A stretch of DNA of 64,000 nucleotides from Rheinheimera sp. (GTDB lineage Bacteria > Pseudomonadota > Gammaproteobacteria > Enterobacterales > Alteromonadaceae): the NCBI RefSeq assembly GCF_003543135.1, contig NZ_DPJG01000016.1, one strand, 5' to 3'. The position numbers and the translations under genes are program-made. Shown one piece after another: positions 31,747 to 39,283 of this stretch (positions within the stretch are counted from its first letter, which is position 1; every line of letters starts with the position of its first letter). Under the pieces are notes generated by a model. That model worked only from the letters and a program-made list of their open reading frames with translations. It was not told where the DNA came from and did no database searches.

Positions 31747-33396
31747 ATGACCGATTTGAAACGCCAGGCTGAGGCCTCGGAAGAAGCTTTATGGCGCATT
31801 TTCACGGTGCCGGAAGCGCCAGACTCCACGCTCAGTATTATTGAGCAGAATATTTCGCAAAACCTGGCGGGTTTTTTGCGCGAAAGCATAGTGGCAGTGG
31901 AAAAACCACTGTGGCAAATCGAACGTGATTTTCAGGCGTATCAAATTCCGGCCGAGCCAAAATTTGTGTCGGATTATGCCGAAAACATGATGGAAAAGCT
32001 GGTTGCCCATTCGGTGCATACAGCGGCCCCCAGTTTTATTGGCCATATGACCTCGGCTTTGCCTTATTTTGTGTTGCCCCTGTCCAAAATGATGGTGGGG
32101 CTGAATCAAAACCTGGTAAAAATTGAAACCTCCAAGGCCTTTACGCCGCTGGAACGTCAGGTGCTTGGCATGATGCACCACCTGGTGTACGGCGAAAGTG
32201 AAGGTTTTTATAAAAAGTGGTTACACAGCGCCAATCATTCATTAGGCGCTTTTTGCTCGGGTGGCACTGTGGCCAATATGACGGCGCTGTGGATTGCCCG
32301 TAACCGATTATTGCGCCCTGATGGCGACTTTAAAGGCGTGGCCAAAGAAGGTTTATTCCGCGCTATGCGCCATTACGGGTATCAGGATTTAGCCATTCTG
32401 GTGTCGGAGCGCGGCCATTATTCGCTGCGTAAAGCTGCCGATATCCTGGGTATTGGCCGCGATATGCTGATCCCGGTGAAAACCGACGAACACAACAAAG
32501 TCGACAGCAATGAAATGCGCCGCGTTGCCGCTGATTTAGCGGCACGTTCTATCCGCGTGATGGCGATAGTGGGCGTGGCTGGTACTACTGAAACCGGCAA
32601 TATCGATCCGCTGGACGAACTGGCCGATTTAGCCGCCGACTTAAACTGCCATTTCCATGTGGATGCCGCCTGGGGTGGTGCAACTTTACTCTCTGATAAA
32701 TATCGTTATTTACTCAAAGGTATTGAACGCGCTGATTCAGTGACCATAGACGCGCATAAACAAATGTATGTGCCTATGGGCGCCGGTATGGTGGTGTTTA
32801 AACACCCGTCAGCAGCGCATGCCATTGAACATCACGCCGAATATATCCTGAGGAAAGGCTCCAAAGACTTAGGCAGCCAGACGCTGGAAGGCTCACGCCC
32901 CGGCATGGCAATGCTGGTGCACGCCTGTTTGCAGGTGATAGGCCGCAAAGGCTACGAAATTCTGATCAACCGAAGCCTGGAAAAAGCCCGTTATTTTGCC
33001 GGTTTAATCGACCTGCATCCGGAGTTTGAGCTGATCACCGCCCCTGAGCTTTGTTTATTAACCTACCGTTATGTGCCAGCCAAGGTGCAACAGGCGATGC
33101 AAAAAGCCAAAGCAGCAGGCGATACCGAGCGGCTGCAGAAATTTAATGAGCTATTAAGTGGGCTCACCAAATTTATTCAAAAACGCCAGCGTGAAGAGGG
33201 TAAATCTTTTGTCTCCCGCACCCGGTTAAAACCACAAAGATACCAACGCCAGGACACAGTGGTGTTCCGGGTGGTACTGGCCAACCCACTGACGACAGAC
33301 AATATTTTGCACGAAGTATTGGCAGAGCAAGTGGAGCTGGCGGCGATGGATAAAGAGTTTTTGCCGAAGCTGCTGAGTATGGCAAAGGATGGTTAG
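31747..33396 (+). CDS. panP: Pyridoxal-dependent aspartate 1-decarboxylase PanP
   Basis: APDSTL, FIGHMTSALP, FHVDAAWGG, DAHKQMY and LEGSRPGMA. Confidence 0.88.
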   Translation: MTDLKRQAEASEEALWRIFTVPEAPDSTLSIIEQNISQNLAGFLRESIVAVEKPLWQIERDFQAYQIPAEPKFVSDYAENMMEKLVAHSVHTAAPSFIGHMTSALPYFVLPLSKMMVGLNQNLVKIETSKAFTPLERQVLGMMHHLVYGESEGFYKKWLHSANHSLGAFCSGGTVANMTALWIARNRLLRPDGDFKGVAKEGLFRAMRHYGYQDLAILVSERGHYSLRKAADILGIGRDMLIPVKTDEHNKVDSNEMRRVAADLAARSIRVMAIVGVAGTTETGNIDPLDELADLAADLNCHFHVDAAWGGATLLSDKYRYLLKGIERADSVTIDAHKQMYVPMGAGMVVFKHPSAAHAIEHHAEYILRKGSKDLGSQTLEGSRPGMAMLVHACLQVIGRKGYEILINRSLEKARYFAGLIDLHPEFELITAPELCLLTYRYVPAKVQQAMQKAKAAGDTERLQKFNELLSGLTKFIQKRQREEGKSFVSRTRLKPQRYQRQDTVVFRVVLANPLTTDNILHEVLAEQVELAAMDKEFLPKLLSMAKDG

Positions 33397-33431
33397 CTGT
33401 TTGGCGTAACAGCTTTTATCGCTTCTTGCTG

Positions 33432-33458
33432 AAAACGGCTGCTGTTGCAGCCGTTTTT
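33432..33458 (+). terminator. Terminator after panP
   Basis: AAAACGGCTGC-tgtt-GCAGCCGTTTTT. Confidence 0.85.
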
Positions 33459-33598
33459 GTTTTTATGTTTAGCAACATGGGGCTGGTGTTGGCTTTTTCG
33501 CAAGCCAAAGGCGTTGCTGGTTGAGCTGATGCCTGCGGACTTGTCATGTCTTTCAGCTTGCAGCTGATGGGGCTATAGAAGCGGAGGTTGTATGGGGG

Positions 33599-33650
33599 TG
33601 AGTGCTACCACATAGGTGACACAGCAGTTCAACCACATAGGTGACAGTGT
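33599..33650. mobile_element. Orphan IS481-like terminal remnant
   Basis: Begins TGA; 15 bp direct repeat ACCACATAGGTGACA at 33607-33621 and 33632-33646, resembling the reiterated transposase sites of IS481 ends; no transposase adjacent. Confidence 0.5.
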
Positions 33651-33681
33651 GTTTTAACAAGCTAAGTGTTTGTTTTATTTG

Positions 33682-33914
33682 ATGCCTGCGGCATGGCGCT
33701 ATGCGGGGTCTCGCCCCCGCAGGCGAGTCTCTTTCTTTGCTGACAAAGAAAGAGACGCAAAGAAATCACCCCGAGATCGCTCGAAAGCCCGTTGTTTTGA
33801 CACAATTTTGAGGCGCCGCCAAAACTCGGCAAGCGCTAGCGTCGCTTGCCTCAAACAGTTGGCGTCTTAAAACCTCAAAATCGGCCAAAACAACGGCTCG
33901 CTTGACGGGGCCAA
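33682..33914 (+). repeat. ~230 bp nested-hairpin element, copy L1
   Basis: Inverted homologue of 34869-35099; hairpins at 33727-33756 and 33828-33850 plus a long outer stem CCCCG...CGGGG. Confidence 0.9.
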
Positions 33915-34149
33915 GAGCGCTGCTGTCGTAAATTGGCTATTTATGGTTTGTGTCATTTGCTGACTATTAACAAATCAACGCTCACGAAAATTTCAATACT
34001 TCACGCGCTGCCAAAAAGTTAAAAAATCATGCATTATTCATGACGTACTTCAGCTAATTACCCGTGTTCAGACTTTAACGATTCCGTCAAAATAAGTTGG
34101 CCACAACATTATGACTCCCAGTGAGGGAAATGGGTTGGGAGAAAGATTA

Positions 34150-34659
34150 ATGGATTTAAAAGAAAAACTCGCATTGTCATCTGCTCTCGTTGCAGTCCTC
34201 GTTGTTGGTTCTGCTTTCCTTTTTAGAGGTGAGGATACCGTCATTCTGCGATTGCAGAATTGGTCAACGGAGACGTCATTCCAAGTAGCTAGAAAAGAGC
34301 CTGAGAGCCTTTCGATACCATCGAAAGGCAACCTGGGGGCTTTTTATAAATGTATGAGTAGATACTTTGATGGCTCAGAAAGGAATTCAGGTTTGCCGGT
34401 AACAGGGAGACCTGGGTATTTCTCACTTGTACTGGATGAAAATACTGAAATGAAAATCGGCTTTGTTTCTACTCAAGCGGGTTCGTTTACAATTTATACC
34501 CGTGATTCTTCAGGCAAAATTACAGGAGCTTCTCTTCGGTACGCGATAAGCTGTGATCATCGATTGTTAAACACTCCTGAAAGCGATATGCATTGTGTTG
34601 ATAAAGTAATTGGAAATGAAATCCGACCGGTTTGTACATACCAGCCGAAGCAACTTTAG
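34150..34659 (+). CDS. Orphan hypothetical protein with N-terminal membrane anchor (cargo between L1 and L2)
   Basis: GGGAG SD sequence, then MDLKEKLALSSALVAVLVVGSAFLF; the ORF track starts upstream at 34111; no recognisable family. Confidence 0.7.
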   Translation: MDLKEKLALSSALVAVLVVGSAFLFRGEDTVILRLQNWSTETSFQVARKEPESLSIPSKGNLGAFYKCMSRYFDGSERNSGLPVTGRPGYFSLVLDENTEMKIGFVSTQAGSFTIYTRDSSGKITGASLRYAISCDHRLLNTPESDMHCVDKVIGNEIRPVCTYQPKQL

Positions 34660-34868
34660 CCCCCAATAGTCTGTAAAAAGTTAGTTGACGTACAAAGCTC
34701 CAGTTTAAAAAAAGATGCTTTTTTTCCTCGATAATTTTTGGCAATGCATTGGGTTCATGAAAAACGAATGACCGTAATTAAGGCAAAGTAGGTATTCGTT
34801 TTTCAAATATCTCCGCTTTTAAACAACCGCTATTTGCTCAACACAGAAATTTCCAAGCAGCTCTGCTG

Positions 34869-35099
34869 TTGGCCCCGTCAAGCGAGCCGTTGTTTTGGCT
34901 GGTTTTGAGGTTTTAAGACGCCAACTGTTTGAGCGGGGTGACGCTAGCACCCCGCGAGTTTTGGCGGCGCCTCAAAAGCGAGTCAAAACAGCGGGCTTTC
35001 GAGCGATCTCGGGGTCGTTTTTTATGTCACTTTTTGTCGACACAAAAAGTGACTCGCCCGCGGGGGCGAGACCCCGCATACGTGCCATGCCGCAGGCAT
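34869..35099 (-). repeat. ~230 bp nested-hairpin element, copy L2 (inverted)
   Basis: Reverse complement aligns end to end with 33682-33914; differences cluster in stems and are compensatory. Confidence 0.9.
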
Positions 35100-35353
35100 T
35101 AATAAAATCAGAATTACCAATAAGTTAACCTGATTCGGCCGCCGCGGTTAAACCCGGCATACGCGCCATGCCGCTGGCATCAAACACAACAAAGCTTAGC
35201 AACCAACGCTGCCGGGTTGGTTAGGCAACACCAAGCATCAGCTCAAAACCCAATACCAAATCGGCAAAGTCACAAAACTCAACAACAACCCAAAACCCAC
35301 CAGGTTCCCCACCATCCTGGGGGCCAGGCCGGCCATAATGGCGATGGCGCCGG
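35060..35353. repeat. 294 bp direct repeat, left copy
   Basis: Colinear and same length as 39284-39577; about 4 scattered substitutions plus one 22 nt divergent patch. Confidence 0.95.
35238..35353 (-). pseudogene. Duplicated 3' fragment of the AEC transporter gene
   Basis: Nearly identical to 39462-39577 including the TGA stop; encodes ...GAIAIMAGLAPRMVGNLVGFGLLLSFVTLPIWYWVLS*; no 5' part. Confidence 0.9.
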
Positions 35354-35358
35354 TCCTC

Positions 35359-35470
35359 AGGGTCAGGTCTTGCCTTTTGCCTAATCCTAACCCCTTTGGG
35401 ATTAAAAGCTAAACCTTATTAATTAGCCTGAATCAAACTCACTAAAAGGCAAAAAGCAAGACCTGACCCT
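35359..35470. mobile_element. 112 bp MITE-like element with 24 bp terminal inverted repeats
   Basis: AGGGTCAGGTCTTGCCTTTTGCCT (35359-35382) and AGGCAAAAAGCAAGACCTGACCCT (35447-35470), 23/24 complementary; no ORF; no clear TSD. Confidence 0.65.
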
Positions 35471-35486
35471 ACTGGTTGTGGTTGCA

Positions 35487-35963
35487 TTATTCGCTTTGGA
35501 AAACAACACGCTCGTATTCATGAACAGCCGATTTAACCGGCTCCCAAATCGTTACATAGCGCCCATCCGAGTCAAATATCTTCCCATGATTGCGGTCCGC
35601 AGCGACCTTCATCTGGATAAAATTGGATGCGAACCATGAATTATTGCCTATATGAGAATGAATGTCTTCTTCAGTAATTTTCTCAAGGCCAGACCGCTTA
35701 AGTTCAATGTAAGCATTAAGTATTTGGGAATTGTATTGTGACTGTCGTTCTGGCTTTGACCACATTTTCAATCGCCGAACTACTTTAGCTATCTCGGCAC
35801 TAGATTCTCTTTCAACGAAAGTCTCTTGTTGGTTTGTGTTTGATTTAATCTTATCTACCAAAATTAAGCATTTCACCAACTTAGAATGTATTTCTTTTCG
35901 ATCTGAATCATCCACAAGCATGAATGCGGCTTCTTCAAGTTCACTTCTCAATTCATCAAGCAT
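35487..35963 (-). CDS. Hypothetical soluble protein (AT-rich island gene)
   Basis: GGAGG SD sequence, 158 aa, C-terminal SNFIQMK..DRNHGKIF..IWEPV; function unknown. Confidence 0.75.
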   Translation of the reverse strand: MLDELRSELEEAAFMLVDDSDRKEIHSKLVKCLILVDKIKSNTNQQETFVERESSAEIAKVVRRLKMWSKPERQSQYNSQILNAYIELKRSGLEKITEEDIHSHIGNNSWFASNFIQMKVAADRNHGKIFDSDGRYVTIWEPVKSAVHEYERVVFQSE

Positions 35964-36193
35964 AAAGACCTCCCAAAGACGTAATTAGTCTAATTTAGTC
36001 TATTATAAGCATCAATAAACATTTTTCATATAGCTGTTATCATGCAGACTTCTCAGCCGCACTACAGATGCTCATCAAGTCCGGTCAGTAGTGATAAAAC
36101 CGATTTATAGTTTCACTCAGAGATGTCCGCTTTTGGCACAAAGCAGCTGATGGCCATCCAATGCCTTGGTCTGAATAAAACGAATACTACAGA

Positions 36194-36517
36194 TTACTTC
36201 GTTAGCACTCCGGTGCTGGTGCAGCAAGCGGTAATGACGACCAGTGCCAACACCAATGCACTTGCCATGCTGAACTGTCCTCCCGACCAGTCCCGGGCGA
36301 CATGACTAAACATGGGATTATCCTGTAATTGCCAGGCCGCTAATCCAACACCTGAGACCAGACCCAACCACACGGCGCGGTTAGAGTGCCGGCGTGGAGC
36401 TGGTAAGCGCGACATGACGGTATCGACAAAACCGTCATCTGGGACTGCATCTGCTGCACTGTCGCGAAGCAGCTGGTTCAACAGGTCATCGTTTTGATCT
36501 TCCTTGCTTAAATTCAT
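36194..36517 (-). CDS. Putative membrane anti-sigma factor
   Basis: ATGA overlap with the ECF stop; DDGFVDTVMSRLP then two hydrophobic helices. Confidence 0.7.
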   Translation of the reverse strand: MNLSKEDQNDDLLNQLLRDSAADAVPDDGFVDTVMSRLPAPRRHSNRAVWLGLVSGVGLAAWQLQDNPMFSHVARDWSGGQFSMASALVLALVVITACCTSTGVLTK

Positions 36518-37083
36518 GTGGTCACTCCCGTATTCTCGTTGCTTTGGTAGTCTTTCAGCCATTGACGCAAACGTGCACTGCCGCGTGTCGCATGTGTTTT
36601 TACCGTGCCAAGGGGCAACCCGGTGATGTCGGCCGTTTCCTCATGACTCAGTCCCATTTGCGTGTGATACAGCATCACCAGCCGTTCGCCTTCAGGCAGT
36701 GCTTGCAGTGCCTTTTGCAAATCACGTTGCAAACCTGCGCGCTGTCGAGGTCCTGTGGCCTGGTCAAGCAAAGTTTCTTCCTGCATTTCATGAATGGGTT
36801 GCTGCCGATACGCCTGCAGGAAGCAATTGTGTGCGATGCGATACAACCAGGTTGAAAATCGCGCTTCGCTGCGAAATTGCGACAATTTCCGCCATGCCTG
36901 CAGAAAGGTGTCTTGCGCTAAATCATCTGCCCAGGCGTTATCATTCCGGCACAGGCGTCGCAACTGCGCCCGCACGTTGCTTTGATGCCTGCGGACCAGC
37001 TGATTAAACGCCTGCCGGTCTTCATTCAGCAGGACACGCTTCACCAGCGCCAAATCAAGGCGTGATTCGACTTCAGGAACCAC
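36514..37083 (-). CDS. ECF RNA polymerase sigma-70 factor
   Basis: AFNQLVRRHQ, ADDLAQDTFLQAW, FSTWLYRIA and GLPLGTVKTH; GTG start at 37083 inferred. Confidence 0.9.
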   Translation of the reverse strand: MVPEVESRLDLALVKRVLLNEDRQAFNQLVRRHQSNVRAQLRRLCRNDNAWADDLAQDTFLQAWRKLSQFRSEARFSTWLYRIAHNCFLQAYRQQPIHEMQEETLLDQATGPRQRAGLQRDLQKALQALPEGERLVMLYHTQMGLSHEETADITGLPLGTVKTHATRGSARLRQWLKDYQSNENTGVTT

Positions 37084-37456
37084 GCATGTCGCCTGCGCGC
37101 TGATCGAGCCACCAATTACCGAGATAGCCAAGGCCCAACATGACGGGCAATAGCCCCAGGCCCCAAAGGTCCGCAAGACGCTGCCCCTCGTCACTTTGCA
37201 CCGGCAACACCAGTAGGGTCAACATCAGACCGACACCGCCGCACAATAGAACCAGACCACGTCGCCGATCAGCATGGGGTTGATGCTGCTCGGCCAAAAC
37301 CGTCAAGGGCAAGTCCACGCCTTTGTCGGCCAGTTGCAGCAAGGTGCGATAACGCGCCTCGGTTTGCTGGCGAACAAAGCGCAGGGCCAGTGCTACCAGG
37401 GCAACAGGCGTTGCCAGTACTAAAAGCGGTATCATCATTTCGATGGTCATTTGCAC
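37073..37456 (-). CDS. Small membrane protein (DUF6249-like) co-encoded with the ECF sigma
   Basis: TM - RYRTLLQLADKG - RRRGLVLL - TM - GLLPVMLGLGYL; overlaps the sigma gene start. Confidence 0.65.
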   Translation of the reverse strand: MQMTIEMMIPLLVLATPVALVALALRFVRQQTEARYRTLLQLADKGVDLPLTVLAEQHQPHADRRRGLVLLCGGVGLMLTLLVLPVQSDEGQRLADLWGLGLLPVMLGLGYLGNWWLDQRAGDMRGS

Positions 37457-37478
37457 ACACCTACTGTTTTATAAGGGG

Positions 37479-38918
37479 CTATTGGGATTTGGTGGCAACA
37501 GGCGTTACCAGCGGCATCCGGTTACCATAGTATTCAACCAGCGATTCTGCCGCGGGTGGGTCCATGTTGGAAAGAGCAATCACCACATCACCAGTCGCCG
37601 GATAAATTCGTAAAGCGCCGTTCATGCCCTCTGCACCACCAGCATGTCCGAAGTGACGTGCAATGCCTTCACCGCCCAATTGGAAACCGTAGCCGTACAA
37701 GCCGCTGGGCGTCTGACTGCGGGTCGCGGCTGCCAGTGTTTGTGCTGATATCAACTTGCCGCTTAATAATGCCTGTGCAAAGAGTTGCAGATCGCCGGTC
37801 GTTGAATAGCCACCGCCGGCGGCAGTGCCGCGCCACGGCAAGGTGTCCTGATTATTCACCAAACCTTTTTCTGAGTGCATATAACCGACCGATAGCTGTG
37901 TGCGTACCTGTTCTTCCGGTTCAGCACCAGTGGCGCGCATCCCGGCGGGTTTGAAGATATGGTCGTGGACATAAGTGTGGTAAGACTGGCCGCTCACCCG
38001 TTCAATCACGCGTCCCAACAGGACATAACCATAGTTGGAATATGCTTCGCGGCTACCGGGGATAAACTCTGACGCGCGCTGGCCAAACAACCGGATATAA
38101 TCGGCGTGCTCACGGGTATTTAGTCTTTGTTGCTGATATTCATCAGTAAAAATGTCGCCTGTGCCACCGGTATGGGTCAGTAAGTGCCGCAGAGTTGTGT
38201 GCTTGGCGAGCGTGGTATTTGGATAATCGGATAAATAAGTGATCAGTGGTGCATCCAGCTGTAACTGGCCGCGTTCAACCAGTTGCAGCACAGCAATCGC
38301 CGTAAACATTTTATACATAGAGCCGAGGCGGAATTGTGTGTTAGCAGTGTGCTTTTGCGCAGTGTCGCGACGCGCGTCACCAAAATGTTGTTGCAGCCGA
38401 ATGTTGCCGCCACGAGCGACCAAAAGATTGCCTGCGAATTGTTCCTCTGCCAGCAGTTTCTGCGCTTTGCGTTGCAGCCGCTGCTGCGCATCCTGCTCGG
38501 ACAACCTTGTGGGCATCAAATCCGCGGGCACAATTGCCATCGGCTTTAGGCTGACCGATTTGACCCGCTTTGAGTCTTTGTCATCCAGTTGCAGCGTCAT
38601 GCTGCCGACCCGGTCGCCATCATGTTCGCGAATAATCACCGTGACCTGGCCGGCATCATCCTGCGTCACACGCAACGCCTCAAATCCGCCCGTCATCTGC
38701 CGGAAAGCCAGTTCACGCTCCAGTTGCATATCCGGTTCATGTGCTGTTTTAAACGCCTGCAGCTTGGCCGCATCGCCGGTGTTAAAAGCCTGCAGCCGCT
38801 GTTTGGCGAGTTGCGCTGCGGGCGTCTTTGGCCAACTGACGTCAGCCAAAGTCGTTGCAGAGGCGAATGCCGCACAAAACAAAGCCAGCAGGGAAATCTT
38901 CTTATTGAATAAATGCAT
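37479..38918 (-). CDS. Secreted serine hydrolase (beta-lactamase class C / PBP family)
   Basis: Signal peptide; SMYK (SxxK), YSN (YxN), HAGG; start MHLFNKK after GGAG. Confidence 0.88.
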   Translation of the reverse strand: MHLFNKKISLLALFCAAFASATTLADVSWPKTPAAQLAKQRLQAFNTGDAAKLQAFKTAHEPDMQLERELAFRQMTGGFEALRVTQDDAGQVTVIIREHDGDRVGSMTLQLDDKDSKRVKSVSLKPMAIVPADLMPTRLSEQDAQQRLQRKAQKLLAEEQFAGNLLVARGGNIRLQQHFGDARRDTAQKHTANTQFRLGSMYKMFTAIAVLQLVERGQLQLDAPLITYLSDYPNTTLAKHTTLRHLLTHTGGTGDIFTDEYQQQRLNTREHADYIRLFGQRASEFIPGSREAYSNYGYVLLGRVIERVSGQSYHTYVHDHIFKPAGMRATGAEPEEQVRTQLSVGYMHSEKGLVNNQDTLPWRGTAAGGGYSTTGDLQLFAQALLSGKLISAQTLAAATRSQTPSGLYGYGFQLGGEGIARHFGHAGGAEGMNGALRIYPATGDVVIALSNMDPPAAESLVEYYGNRMPLVTPVATKSQ

Positions 38919-39283
38919 GTGATGTCTCCGTCCAGTCCAATACTGGTTGCAAAGACTCTGATGCAAAGGGATGCGGTTTTAGATTCAATGCCCGGAAAAT
39001 TTTTTCCAGGGCTCCGGCGGCCTCAGTGAGTTGGTTGCAACCTTCAATCGACTTTCAGTTAAACCAGCATTAGCCGAAGTTGATGATCAGCCGCTGACTG
39101 ACAAAAACCGCGATCCGACGAAGTCGTTATTTTCCGTGGAGGTGGTGGTGCGATTAATTTGCAACAGGTGGTAAGTAAGGGTTGCAATAAGGTGGTCAAT
39201 TAAATGCAATTAATCAGGTGTTGGTTTGCATGATGCAGGCGGTATGGCGTTGTTTTCAGCTTGCAGCTGATGGGGCTGTAGCA

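Noticed and set aside
33670-33870. ORFs 33670-33870, 34895-35128 and 39210-39416
   Set aside because: They are translations of the non-coding L and REP-like repeats and have no SD sequence or protein-like composition.
38239-38922. Long antisense or alternative-frame ORFs (for example 38239-38922, 18580-19149, 6747-7217)
   Set aside because: They fully overlap well-supported genes and are explained by codon-usage shadowing.
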